Shown here: piece after piece, positions 20,031 to 29,510 of the stretch
How positions within the stretch are numbered: the first letter of the stretch is position 1
How the letters are laid out: each line of letters starts with the position of its first letter
Assembly (NCBI GenBank): GCA_963750035.1
Contig: CAVVPE010000021.1
Span: 77,789-141,788, forward strand
Reading direction: 5' to 3'
Length of the DNA stretch: 64,000 nt
Origin: an uncultured Acidobacteriota bacterium
GTDB taxonomy: Bacteria; Acidobacteriota; Vicinamibacteria; Vicinamibacterales; CAVVIG01
The notes under the pieces: model-generated
Told to the model about the DNA's origin: nothing
What the model saw: only the letters and a program-made list of their open reading frames with translations
The model's database searches: none
Program-made: the position numbers and the translations under genes

Positions 20031-20712
20031 TCAAATTCCGGCGGGAAAAGCCGCTTCGACTTCCGTTCGCGTCAATTCCCTCCACTCACCGGGGGCGAGG
20101 CGCCCCAGTTCGAGGCCCCCGAACCGAACCCGCTTCAACGTCGTCACCTCGTGGCCGATCGTCTCGAACAACTTCCGGACTTCGCGGTTGCGTCCGCGAT
20201 GAAGCTCCACCGTCAGTTGTGTTTCACGATTGGATGCCTTCCGGACGATCACCGAAGCCGCGTCGAGTGGCGCGGCTTCGTCGCCTGTGACCCTGCCGCG
20301 GACCGTCACCAAGTACCACGCGGGGAACAGCGTTGCCCGGATCGGTGATTCGATGCGCGAGACGTGTGTCGGTCGTGAGGAGCAGGAGACCGCTCGTGGC
20401 GAGGTCGAGACGTCCGACGGCAATGAGTCCGCGCGCGGAGGGGCCAATGATGTCGTAAATCGTCGGACGCCCCTCGGGGTCCTGGCGAGTCGTCACGACA
20501 CCGCGCGGCTTGTGGAAAAGAATGGTCCGCCAGGACGCGCGCGTCCGGCGCGTGCCATCGACCGTAATGCGCGCTCGCTCGGGCACCACGCTCGTGGCGG
20601 GGTTCGTGACGACGCGGCCGTCCACCTTGACGCGTCCGGCCCGAATCGCCTCCGTCGCCTGCGCGCGAGAGAGAATCCCGAGCTTGGAAAGAGCGCGATT
20701 GAGCGAAACCAT
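20031..20712 (-). CDS. Pseudouridine synthase, RsuA/RluB family, one frameshift
   Basis: S4 domain (LNRALSKLGILSRAQATEAIRAGRVKVDG) and catalytic motif GRLDLATSGLLLLT. The frame changes near 20316 (CGC GTG g TAC TTG restores AVPRVYLVTVRGRV). The C-terminal part lies in ORF 20031..20447. Confidence 0.8.
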
Positions 20713-20770
20713 TCGGTCAGTCGGTAGTCAGGATCGATCAGTTGCGAGCTCGTCGACCTGTCCGCCTGGT

Positions 20771-21755
20771 CTAGTGTCCCAGCACTTGGTGGGGTCTGTA
20801 CGGGTCCTCAAGGAACTTGATGTCCTCTGGCGACAGCTGAACCTTCAGCGACTCCACGGCGTCGTCCAGGTGGGAAATCTTTGACGCGCCGACGATGGGC
20901 GCGGTGATGCCGGGCTGCGCGAGGAGCCAGGCGAGCGCCACCTGCGTCGGCTTCACGCCGATTCGCTCCGCCACTTCCACCACCCGGGCCGCAACCACGA
21001 AGTCGTCGTCGGAGTAGTACAGCTCGATGGGCGAAGTCGTCGGTCTTGGCGCGAGAGGTCGCACCCTTGTCTTCCTTCCGCCGGTTGCCGGCAAGAAAAC
21101 CGCGCGCGAGGGGGCTCCACGGGATGACGCCAATCCCCTCCTCGAGGCACAGCGGGAGCATCTCGCGCTCTTCCTCGCGATAGACGAGGTTGTAGTGGTT
21201 CTGCATCGACACGAAGCGGGTCCAGCCGTGGCGATCCGCGACGTGCAGCATCTTCGCGAATTGCCAGGCCGCCATGCTCGAGGCGCCGATGTAGCGCGCC
21301 TTCCCCGCCTTCACGATGTCGTGCAGCGCCGACAGGGTTTCCTCGATCGGCGTGTCCGGATCGAAGCGGTGGATCTGGTAGAGGTCGACGTAGTCCATGC
21401 CGAGGCGGGCGAGGGAGCCGTCGATGGCGTCGAAGAGATGTTTGCGCGAGAGCCCGCGCGCGTTCGGATCCTCTTTGATCGGAAAGAAGGCCTTCGTGGC
21501 GACGACGACTTGATCGCGCGCGGCGCCGAGATCGCGCAGGGCGCGGCCGAGCACCTCTTCGCTGACACCGCGCGAGTACATGTCGGCGGTGTCGAAGAAG
21601 TTGATGCCGTGCTCGAGTGCGCGCGTCACGAACGGCCGGCTCTGTTCCTCGTCGAGCACCCACGGCCGCCACGTCGGCGTGCCGTAGGTCATCATCCCGA
21701 GACAGATGCGTCGACACCTTGAAGCCCGGTATTGCCTAAGTCGAACGTAATCCAT
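20771..21755 (-). CDS. Aldo/keto reductase, about four frame disturbances
   Basis: Met at 21755. Removing three single bases within 21700-21740 restores MDYVRLGNTGLQVSRICLGMMTYG. The central part is intact (...YVDLYQIHRFDPDTPIEETL...). The frame changes near 21030 into ORF 20771..21133 (IELYYSDDDF...LAQPGITAPIVGASKISHLDDAV). Confidence 0.8.
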
Positions 21756-21893
21756 GACTTGTGAACCAGTCGCAAGCGCCTGCGGCCATGCGCGAGCCGA
21801 GGCCCCAGCGCGCTCCGCCAGGCGAGGCATCACGCGTGAAGTCTCGCGCGCGGAGGTGGCGGCCTCCGCTCGCCAGTGGCCGAAGGTCGATCC

Positions 21894-22871
21894 CTATACC
21901 GTCAGGACCAGCTTCCCAATATGAGCGCTCGATTCCATCACGCGGTGGGCCTCGGCGGCCTGCTGGAGCGGGAACGTCGCGTGGACGAGCACGCGGACGG
22001 TGCCGGCCTCGAGGAGCGGCCACACGTGCTGCTGGACGGCGCCGGCGATCGCGGCCTTCTCCGCGATCGAGCGTGCCCGGAGCGTCGAACCGGTGATCCA
22101 GAGGCGCCTCTGCAGGACGGGCCCCATGTTGATCTGTGATTTCGCGCCGCCCAGCAAGCCGATCTGCACGAGCCGTCCATCCCTGGCGAGGCAGTCGATG
22201 TTGCGCTGGAGGTACTCGCCTCCAACCATGTCAAGCACGACGTCAACGCCGCGCCCGCCGGTCGTGTCGCGCACGGTGGTCACGAAGTCGGTGCTGCGGT
22301 AGTTGATCGCCACTTCGGCGCCGAGCGACTGACACGCCGAACATTTCTCGTCGCTGCCGGCGGTCGCGATCACGCGCGCGCCGTAGGCACGCGCCAGCTG
22401 GATGGCCGTCGTGCCGATGCCGCTCGACCCGCCATGGATCAGGATCGTTTCGCCGGCCACCAGCCGTCCGCGCTCGAAGACGTTGGTCCAGACGGTGAAG
22501 AACGTTTCGGGAATCGCCGCGGCCTGAACCAGGTCGAGACCAGCGGGAATCGGGAGGCACTGCGGCGCGGGTGCGGAACAATACTCCGCGTACCCGCCAC
22601 CGCTGACCAGCGCGCACACGCGCTCGCCGGTTCTCCAGGACGTCACGTCGGAAGCGACGCCGACGATTTCGCCCGCGATTTCAAGCCCGGGGATATCCGA
22701 TGCGCCAGGCGGCGGCGGATACTTGCCCTGGCGCTGCATGACGTCGGGACGATTGACGCCGGCGGCCGCCACCTTGATGAGCACTTCCCCGGCGGCGACG
22801 GCCGGCGTCGGCCGCTCGACTGGAACGAGGACCTCGGGCGGCCCGGGCTCGCGGATGCCGATCGCGATCAT
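21894..22871 (-). CDS. NAD(P)H:quinone oxidoreductase (zinc-type MDR, PIG3/Qor family)
   Basis: Intact 325-aa ORF: PGASDIPGLEIAGEIV...ILIHGGSSGIGTTAIQLA... Confidence 0.85.
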   Translation of the reverse strand: MIAIGIREPGPPEVLVPVERPTPAVAAGEVLIKVAAAGVNRPDVMQRQGKYPPPPGASDIPGLEIAGEIVGVASDVTSWRTGERVCALVSGGGYAEYCSAPAPQCLPIPAGLDLVQAAAIPETFFTVWTNVFERGRLVAGETILIHGGSSGIGTTAIQLARAYGARVIATAGSDEKCSACQSLGAEVAINYRSTDFVTTVRDTTGGRGVDVVLDMVGGEYLQRNIDCLARDGRLVQIGLLGGAKSQINMGPVLQRRLWITGSTLRARSIAEKAAIAGAVQQHVWPLLEAGTVRVLVHATFPLQQAAEAHRVMESSAHIGKLVLTV

Positions 22872-22882
22872 CGCGAGTCATT

Positions 22883-23572
22883 CTAGTCGGTCGGTCGGCT
22901 CGCGTCAGTTCCACGTTCAAGCGACGCAGACCGGGTACGGAGACCGGACACCACGGCCGAGCGTAACACAGGATCACACAGGATCACCGCCCGCGTCTTC
23001 GTGAGCAGCTCGAAGGCACGCTGACTGCGATCGGTGAACAGGGCGAACAGGACGTCGATGAAGAAGAACTGTCCGAAGAACGGCAGCTGCCGCAGGAGCG
23101 CCTGGCCGAGGCCGATACGAGCGCCGGATTCGCGCACGACACGGATCGACATCAGCCGCTTGCCGATGGTCTGGCCGACGCGGTATTCCGCTGAGGCCGT
23201 GTACACCGGGAACAGCAGGCAAAAACATCACGATGCACAGGAGCGGCACCAAACAACGACAACTGCCGGCGGGAGCACGTACCAAAGGAAAATCGCGAAC
23301 GCGACGCCGTGCCGACACATGCCAGGAGAAAGTCGATCGACTTTGGCCGCCGCTCGCGGCCAGAACCGCGCGCTCTGCAGCGGCACCGCGGCGAGGTACG
23401 ACTCGGCGAGCGTCAGCGGATCGCCGAGCTGCCGGATCACTTCGTCGAGCGGCTGTCCATGCGCCTGCCGTTCCGCCATGTGGCTTCGCAACTCCATCGC
23501 GATCGCATCGCGCAGGGCCAGCCCGCGGGGCACGTAATCGATGACGGATTGCACGTAGTCGTCGGCGGTCAT
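22883..23572 (-). pseudogene. Membrane protein with a PadR-associated HAAS/DUF1700-like N-terminus and an RDD domain; several frame breaks
   Basis: ATGA overlap with the PadR stop at 23569-23572. MTADDYVQSVIDYVPRGLALRDAIAMELRSHMAERQAHGQPLDEVIRQLGDPLTLAESYL is followed by RFWPRAAAKVIDFLLACVG (after correction near 23330 and 23300). The TM pieces lie in two frames, then comes VYTASAEYRVGQTIGKRLMSIRVV...FALFTDRSQRAFELLTKT (RDD pattern) in ORF 22883..23206. Confidence 0.6.
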
Positions 23573-23941
23573 TTGGCCTCCTCGTCGGCGAGCAGCTGCG
23601 TCATCGCCGTCACAAACGTGGACCATTCGAGCGTGAGTCGCGTCGAGCTCGGCCTGCCCGGCTTCGGTCAGCCGGTAGTACTTGCGGGGAACGCCGCGCT
23701 CGGGGGTTTCCCACCGCACGGCCACGAAGCCGGCCCGCTCCAGCCGGTAGAGCACCGGATAGAGCGTCCCGTCCGTGACGCCGAGCGCGCCGTTGGTCTG
23801 GGTGGTCAGCTTCGTGACGATCTCGTAGCCGTAGGCCTCTCTCGGCGCAAGCAGATGGAGGACGATGAGCTCGAGCGTTCCCCGCTTGAGCTCGCGGACA
23901 ATGCTGGTCCGATCCTCGGTCCGGTCGGATTCCCGCGCCAT
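23569..23941 (-). CDS. PadR-family transcriptional regulator, one frameshift near the C-terminus
   Basis: Winged-helix core (LELIVLHLLAPREAYGYEIVTKLTTQTNGALGVTDGTLYPVLYRLERAGFVAVRWE...RKYYRLTEAG). A frame change near 23630 restores ...EWSTFVTAMTQLLADEEAK*. The start is taken at the ATG at 23941 (MARESD). The alternative start at 23962 would overlap the operator. Confidence 0.8.
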
Positions 23942-23949
23942 GTCCTGGG

Positions 23950-23985
23950 ATTGTATCGCCATATATCTTGTTACGCAAGATATAT
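23950..23985 (-). promoter_or_regulatory. Putative sigma70-type promoter with a 10-bp inverted-repeat operator upstream of PadR
   Basis: Minus strand: TTGCGT (23978-23973), 17 nt, TACAAT (23955-23950), then 8 nt to the ATG at 23941 (near-leaderless). The perfect inverted repeat ATATATCTTG-ttacg-CAAGATATAT spans 23961-23985 and covers the -35 and spacer. Confidence 0.5.
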
Positions 23986-24039
23986 GACGTGGCCCGTCCC
24001 TCGGAGGTTCCGGGACCGGGCCTTGCGTGACCCGATCGC

Positions 24040-25700
24040 ATGAGCATCGAGGACCTCTGGTATCGCAATGCCATCATTTATTGCCTCGACGTCGAGAAAT
24101 TCATGGACGCGAGCGGCGACGGGGTCGGAGATTTCGAGGGCCTCAGCGCCCGGCTGCCCTACCTGGCGGGCCTCGGCGTCACCTGCGTCTGGCTGCTGCC
24201 CTTCTCCGAGTCGCCCAACCGCGACAACGGCTACGACGTCAGCGACTACTACAGCGTCTCGGACAAGCACGGCTCGCTTGGCGACTTCGTCGCCTTCACC
24301 AACCACGCCGACTCGCTCGGCATTCGCGTCATCGTCGACCTGGTCGTCAACCACACGTCGATCGATCACCCGTGGTTCCAGCACGCGCGCCAGAATCCAG
24401 ACTCGCTGTTTCGCGACTGGTACGTCTGGTCGAAGAAGCGCCCGAAGAATCACGACCAGGGCATGGTGTTTCCCGGGGTGCAGAAGACGACGTGGACGTG
24501 GGACGACGAGGCGAAGGAGTACTACTTCCACCGCTTCTACGAGCACCAGCCGGACCTGAACACCTCGAATCCGGCGGTGCGCGACGAGATCTCGAAGATC
24601 ATGGGCTTCTGGCTGCAGCTCGGGATCTCCGGCTTCCGGATCGATGCCGTTCCCTTCCTGATCGGCCGCAAGGGCGCTGACGTCACGACGCCCGACCTGG
24701 ACTACGACTTCCTGCACGACCTTCGCGACTTCCTGCAGTGGCGGCGCCGCGATGCCGTGATGCTGGCCGAAGCGAACGTCCCGCCAGAAGAAAACCTGGA
24801 GTACTTCGGCGAGGAAGGCGATCGGCTGCAGATGATGCTGAACTTCCCGGTCAACCAGCGTCTGTGGTACGCGCTGGCACCGGCCGACCTCGAGCCGCTG
24901 AAATGGGCGATCGATCAGACGCGCCGAGTGCCGCAGAACGCCCAGTTCGTCCAGTTCCTCCGGAGCCACGACGAGTGCGACCTCGGACGGCTGACCGAGG
25001 AACAGCGGCAGAAGGTGTTCGAGGCATGCGGTCCGGATCCGTCGATGCAGCTGTACGGCCGCGGCATCCGTCGCCGGATGGCGCCGATGCTCGGCGGCGA
25101 TCGCCGCCGGATCGAGCTCGCCTTCAGCCTGCTCTTCTCGCTGCCCGGCACGCCGATGATTCAGTACGGCGACGAGATCGGCATCTGGGACGATCTGTCG
25201 CTGCCGGAGCGCGACTGCGCGCGGACCGCGATGCAGTGGTCGTCGCAGCCGTACGGCGGATTCTCGGCGTCGAAAAAGGTCGTCGTGCCGATCGTCGACG
25301 ACGACGAGCACGGCTTCCGGCAGTGCAACGTCGCCGATCAGCGCCGCGATCCGAACTCGCTGTTGAACTGGGCCGAGCGCCGAATCCGCGCGCGGAAGGA
25401 GCTGCCGGAAATCGGCTGGGGCGCGTGCACGATCCTCGAGACGGACGCGCCCTCAGTGCTCGCGCTGCGCTACGTCTGGCGGAACACCGCCCTCGTGACG
25501 CTGCACAATTTCGCCGAACGGAGCGAGACGGTGCGCTTCGATGTCGGAACGACGGACGGCGCGATTCTGTGCGACCTGTTCGACGAGGATCACAGCCGCG
25601 CCGGCGCCTCTGGCAAGCACGAGATCAACCTGGACCGTACATGCACAAGTGGTATCGCGTGGGAGGACCGGACATGGTGTTGAAGCGCGCGCATTTCTAG
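24040..25700 (+). CDS. treS: GH13 alpha-amylase-family enzyme, trehalose synthase-like, one frameshift near the 3' end
   Basis: GH13 regions DLVVNHTS, GFRIDAVPFL, MLAEANV and FLRSHDE. The N-terminus (WYRNAIIYCLDVEKFMDASGDGVGDFEGL...LGVTCVWLLPFSESPNRDNGYDVSDYY) is TreS-like. A -1 frame change near 25635 (GAC-CG, C run) restores INLDPYMHKWYRVGGPDMVLKRAHF*. Confidence 0.75.
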
Positions 25701-25705
25701 GCTCG

Positions 25706-25797
25706 CCCGAGGGGCTTCGGGACTCCCCGACACGCTCTCTCGCGCGCCGCTGCGTCGGCGCGCTCCGTCGTGGCTCGCTGGCGCGCCGCTCGCTACG
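25706..25797. repeat. Dispersed GC-rich repeat family 2 (about 100 bp), copy 1
   Basis: CCCGAGGGGCTTCGGGACTCCCCGACACGCTCTCTCGCGCGCCGCTGCGTCGGCGCGCTCCGTCGTGGCTCGCTGGCGCGCCGCTCGCT aligns along its length with 59451-59550. Its first about 55 nt align in reverse orientation with 49941-49996. Confidence 0.85.
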
Positions 25798-25939
25798 CAG
25801 TATGGATTCTCCGTAGTGTCCCCAAGACGGTCTTTCCACTGGTCGTCAAGGCCTTCGAGGAGTCGAACCAGCGGCTGCGTCCGGCTCCATGAGCAAGATT
25901 TCAGCGACTTTCTCGCGTCATGTATTTGAGGAGGTTCTG

Positions 25940-26500
25940 ATGAAACGCTATATCGCCTGTTCACTCGTGCTTACGCTGGGTGCGGCCTGCTCGCCGGGCG
26001 GGCAGCAGCCAGCCGGTTCGCTGACCGCACCAAGCCTGGGGACGGCCGCCGTCGGGGTGCCCGAGAATTTCCGGGCTCACTTGAGCGGCGATGACGTCAT
26101 CCCGCCATTGCCGATTCCGACCCAGGGACAGGGGCAAGCGGTCTTCCAGCTCAGTCCTGACGGAACAGAACTCTCCGTCCGGGTGCTGGTCGCGAACATC
26201 GAAAACGTCGTCGGCGCACACATTCACCTGGCTGCGGCGGGCCTCAGGGGGCCGCTGGTGGCTCTGCTCATGGCGCCGGTTCCACCGGGCGGCGGACGGA
26301 CCGATGGCGTTCTGACCGTTGGCACCTTGACGGCCGCCCAACTGTTCGGGCCGTTGGCGGGTCAGCCCCTCTCGGCGCTCATGGATGCCATTGCCGCGGG
26401 CGACGCCTACGTGGATATCCCCACGAACGACGGCGTCGCTCCTCCTGGCACCGGCATCGGCGACTATCCCGGTGGCGAGCTACGAGGGCAAATCCGGTAG
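25940..26500 (+). CDS. CHRD domain-containing lipoprotein
   Basis: GAGGAGG RBS sits 6 nt upstream of the ATG at 25940. Lipoprotein-like signal MKRYIACSLVLTLGAAC. CHRD pattern AHLSGDDVIPP...GAHIHLAAAGLRGPLV...AYVDIPTNDG...GELRGQI. Confidence 0.75.
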   Translation: MKRYIACSLVLTLGAACSPGGQQPAGSLTAPSLGTAAVGVPENFRAHLSGDDVIPPLPIPTQGQGQAVFQLSPDGTELSVRVLVANIENVVGAHIHLAAAGLRGPLVALLMAPVPPGGGRTDGVLTVGTLTAAQLFGPLAGQPLSALMDAIAAGDAYVDIPTNDGVAPPGTGIGDYPGGELRGQIR

Positions 26501-26527
26501 AAGCGCCAACCAACTCGGAACAGACGG

Positions 26528-26776
26528 CTACTCGACGAACTGCCTCGGCACGAGCGCGAGCACGGGGTACTGGCGCCGCAGCTGGTCGACGCGCTGCCAG
26601 TACTCCGCTTTCGGAAACTCGTTGTGCAGATAACGCTCGCGCAGGCGGCGGATCTCCCACTTGTACAAGTCGCGCACGTAGTCGCGCACCAGCTCGGGCG
26701 GCGTTTGCGACGTGGGCAGGATGCCGTGGCGAGGAAGCTGCGCGAGGACGTCGGCGCGATAGCGGTACTCAGCCAC
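26528..26776 (-). CDS. Hypothetical small protein (82 aa) overlapping the thrC stop
   Basis: GTG at 26776 overlaps the thrC stop by 8 nt. VAEYRYRADVLAQLPRHGILPTSQTPPELVRDYVRDLYKWEIRRLRERYLHNEFPKAEYWQRVDQLRRQYPVLALVPRQFVE has a non-repetitive, protein-like composition with G/C-rich third positions. No family was recognised. Confidence 0.35.
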   Translation of the reverse strand: MAEYRYRADVLAQLPRHGILPTSQTPPELVRDYVRDLYKWEIRRLRERYLHNEFPKAEYWQRVDQLRRQYPVLALVPRQFVE

Positions 26777-28124
26777 GAAGCGCCTCGGCAACCGCCTCGA
26801 GCGACGCGTCCATCCGCAGGATATGCCGCGGACGTGCGAGCGCTTCCGCCAGCGGCGCCGGCGTCTGGATGCCGCGACCGATGATCGGCTCGACGATTTC
26901 CCGGAACTTCGCCGGGTGCGCGGTCGCCAGGAAGATCCCGACCTGCCCCACCTGCCCCACCTGCCCCACCTGCCCCAAATACGCTTTGAGTCCCATGTAC
27001 CCGATCGCCGAGTGCGGATCGAGGAGGTAGCCCCTGGTCTCGTACACGCGCTTGATGGTTCCGCGCACGTCCTCGTCCCGGTACCCGATGCCGGCGATGT
27101 CCTGGCGCATCGACTCGACGTCGTCGCGATACAGCCACAGCATCCGCTCGAAATTGCTCGGGTGGCCGACGTCCATGGCGTTCGCAATCGTCCTCACCGA
27201 CGGGCGAGGCGTGAAGCGCCCGGTCTCGAGATATTGAGGCACGACGTCGTTGACGTTGGTGGCCGCCACGAATTTCGCGATGGGCAGCCCTGCCCGCTTC
27301 GCCATCAGGCCGGCCGTCAGGTTGCCGAAATTGCCGGACGGCGTGCACACGACAGCAGGAGTCGACTTCTCCAGCCGGCCTGCGCGCGCGCGGACCAACC
27401 CGGCGATCGCGTGGAAGTAGTAGACCATTTGCGGAAGCAGACGCCCGACGTTGACGGAGTTTGCCGACGTCAGGCGGACTCGCTCGCGGATCTCCCGGTC
27501 GCCGAACGCCTCGCGCGTCAACCGATGGCAGTCGTCGAAGCTGCCCGCGACGGCGTACGCGCGGACGTTCCCGACGTTCCCGTCCTCGGCGGCGTTGAAC
27601 ATCGTCAGCTGCGCTTCCTGCGTCGGGCTGACGCGCCCCTCCGGGTAGAGGACGACGACGCGCGTGTGCGGCACGCCGTGGAACGCGTGGGCAACGGCGC
27701 TGCCCGTATCGCCAGACGTGGCCGCCAGCACGGTGAGCGGCTGATCGCCGGTATCGAGCGCCGCCATGAGCCGCGCCATCGTCCGCGCGCCGACGTCCTT
27801 GAATGCCAGCGTGGGACCGTGGAACAGCTCCAGGGCGTAGATGCCGGGCTCGACCTCGACGACCGGGATGGGGAAATTCAGCGCCTCGACGACGGCTGCC
27901 TCAAAAGCGGTCGCGTCGACCTCGCCGCGGGTGTAGGGCCGCAGCGCGCGGTAGGCGATCTCGGTCAGCGTCCGCGTCGGGAGCCGCTCGATCTCGCGCT
28001 CCGACCATTCGTCGAGGTGTTCGGGAACATACAGACCGCCCCCCGGCGCGAGCCCCTCGACGAGCGCCTCACGCAGCGACACCGCGTCCGACGAAGACCG
28101 CGTGTTTACGAAGCGCACAGCCAC
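26769..28124 (-). CDS. thrC: Threonine synthase
   Basis: Intact 451-aa ORF. PLP-lysine context HGPTLAFKDVG, then TSGDTGSA...CTPSGNFGNLTAG...FLATAHPAKF. Confidence 0.9.
   Translation of the reverse strand: MAVRFVNTRSSSDAVSLREALVEGLAPGGGLYVPEHLDEWSEREIERLPTRTLTEIAYRALRPYTRGEVDATAFEAAVVEALNFPIPVVEVEPGIYALELFHGPTLAFKDVGARTMARLMAALDTGDQPLTVLAATSGDTGSAVAHAFHGVPHTRVVVLYPEGRVSPTQEAQLTMFNAAEDGNVGNVRAYAVAGSFDDCHRLTREAFGDREIRERVRLTSANSVNVGRLLPQMVYYFHAIAGLVRARAGRLEKSTPAVVCTPSGNFGNLTAGLMAKRAGLPIAKFVAATNVNDVVPQYLETGRFTPRPSVRTIANAMDVGHPSNFERMLWLYRDDVESMRQDIAGIGYRDEDVRGTIKRVYETRGYLLDPHSAIGYMGLKAYLGQVGQVGQVGQVGIFLATAHPAKFREIVEPIIGRGIQTPAPLAEALARPRHILRMDASLEAVAEALRG
26941..26976. repeat. In-frame 9-bp x4 tandem repeat inside thrC (encodes GQV x4)
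   Basis: ACCTGCCCC x4 on the plus strand gives ...KAYLGQVGQVGQVGQVGIFLATAHP... on the coding strand, just before the conserved FLATAHPAKF block. Confidence 0.9.
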
Positions 28125-28160
28125 TCACCGAGCTGCGGTACGGGCACGTGCGCGAAGTAA

Positions 28161-28523
28161 GGCGCGCACGGCGCGCCTGCGAGGGAGCGGCGCGGGGCGC
28201 AGGGGTCCCCGCAACGCGACCGAGCCGAGTCGGGGCGGAGCTACCGAGCAGGCGCGCAAGGCGCGCCCGCCGAAGGCTCGGCGAAGGCGGGGCGGGGGCG
28301 GACCCGCGTGAGGCCGCACGGCGCGCCTGCGAGGGAGCGGCGCGGGGCGCAGGGGGCCCCGCCTCGACGTTGCTCGGGGCGCCTGGGCGAGTGAGGCGGC
28401 GCCGAGCCGGCCAGCGCCAGGCCGGCGCCCGCAAGCGGCGCGAGCGGGGGTGTGGGGCGGAGCCCGCGTGAGGCGCGCACGGCGCGCCTGCGAGGGAGCG
28501 GCGCGGGGCGCGGGGGGCCCCGC
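28161..28523. repeat. Repeat family 3 array in the thrB-thrC spacer (three full copies plus degenerate half-copies)
   Basis: The unit GCGCACGGCGCGCCTGCGAGGGAGCGGCGCGGGGCGCAGGGG(n)CCCCGC occurs at about 28163-28212, 28313-28362 and 28473-28523. Copies 2 and 3 share the leader GGGGCGGA(n)CCCGCGTGAGG. Each unit has two stems: GGCGCGC-ACG-GCGCGCC, and GCGGGG...CCCCGC. A half-copy GGCGCGCAAGGCGCGCC lies at 28251-28267. Confidence 0.85.
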
Positions 28524-28557
28524 AAGCGACTGAGCCGGTGTGGCGAGCCCCACATAA

Positions 28558-29510
28558 TCATGACGCGCACGTGGAAAGCACGCGTGCGCCCGCGGGAGCG
28601 ATCGGCGAAACGTAGGTCCGCGGCTCGCCGCCGATTTGGGCTTTCACCGCGGCGGTCATGGCGACCGCGACCATCGCCGCCTTGCCGGCGCCCTCGCACA
28701 ATGCGAAGAGCGACGGGCCAGATCCCGACAGGCTGCAGCCGAGCGCGCCTGCCTCGACCGCCGCTCGCTTGATGACGGCGAGCCCGGGGACCAGCGAGGC
28801 CCGACGCGGCTCGGCGATCGTGTCTTCGAGCGCACGACTGATGACCGCGAAGTCGCCGCGATGCAGTCCATGCGACGAGCGCGCCCATGTTGGCCCACTG
28901 CCGGACCGCATCGCTGAGCGGCACCGTCGTGCCGAGCAGGTCGCGCGCCCGCGCCGTCTCGATTTCGAGGTCAGGATGGACCACGACCGCCGTCAGACCC
29001 GGCGGCACGGGAAGCCTGAGGATGTCGGGTGGATACGGGCGGCGGACCAGCACGAATCCCCCGCAAATGCACGGCGCGATGTTGTCCGCGTGCGCGGATC
29101 CCGCCCCGAGCCGCTCGCCTTCGAGGGCGCACGCAATCAGCGTGTCGGCCGTCGATCCCGCCGCCGATCAGGGCGTCGACGGCAACGACCGCGGCAGCGG
29201 CGCTCGCCGCGCTGCCGCCGAGCCCGCTCGACAGCGGCAGCCCTTTCCGGATGCTCAGCCCGACGCCGCGTCGTTCGCCGAGCTTCGTGAGCAGCGCCAG
29301 CGCCGCCACGCCCGCCGTGTTGCGCGCGGCGTCGCGCGGGAGCCGGCCGTTGTCGCCGTCGATGCTCTCGATGACGACGCCGTGGGCGTTGCCGGAGAGG
29401 AACCGCGCCGTGACTTCGTCGCCCGGATGGTCGAGGGCGAAGCCAAGGACGTCGAACCCGCAGGCGACGTTCGACACGGTCGCAGGAGCAAACGCAGTAA
29501 CGGAGGTCAT
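28558..29510 (-). CDS. thrB: Homoserine kinase, two frameshifts
   Basis: MTSVTAFAPATVSNVACGFDVLGFAL... with the GHMP motif PLSSGLGGSAASAAAAV. Frame changes near 29165 (to GSTADTLIACALEGERLGAGSAHADNIAPCICGGFVLV...) and near 28872 (to HGLHRGDFAVISRALEDTIAEPRRASLVPGL...GCSLSGSGPSLFAL). ATGA overlap with the upstream gene at 29507-29510. Confidence 0.85.

Noticed and set aside
28161-28523. Possible CRISPR array (three similar GC-rich repeats at intervals of about 155 bp)
   Set aside because: The units are 50-70 bp, imperfect, internally double-hairpinned and separated by degenerate half-copies rather than unique spacers. There are only three copies, no cas genes are in the window, and the location is inside the thrB-thrC operon. 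A REP/BIME-like array fits better.
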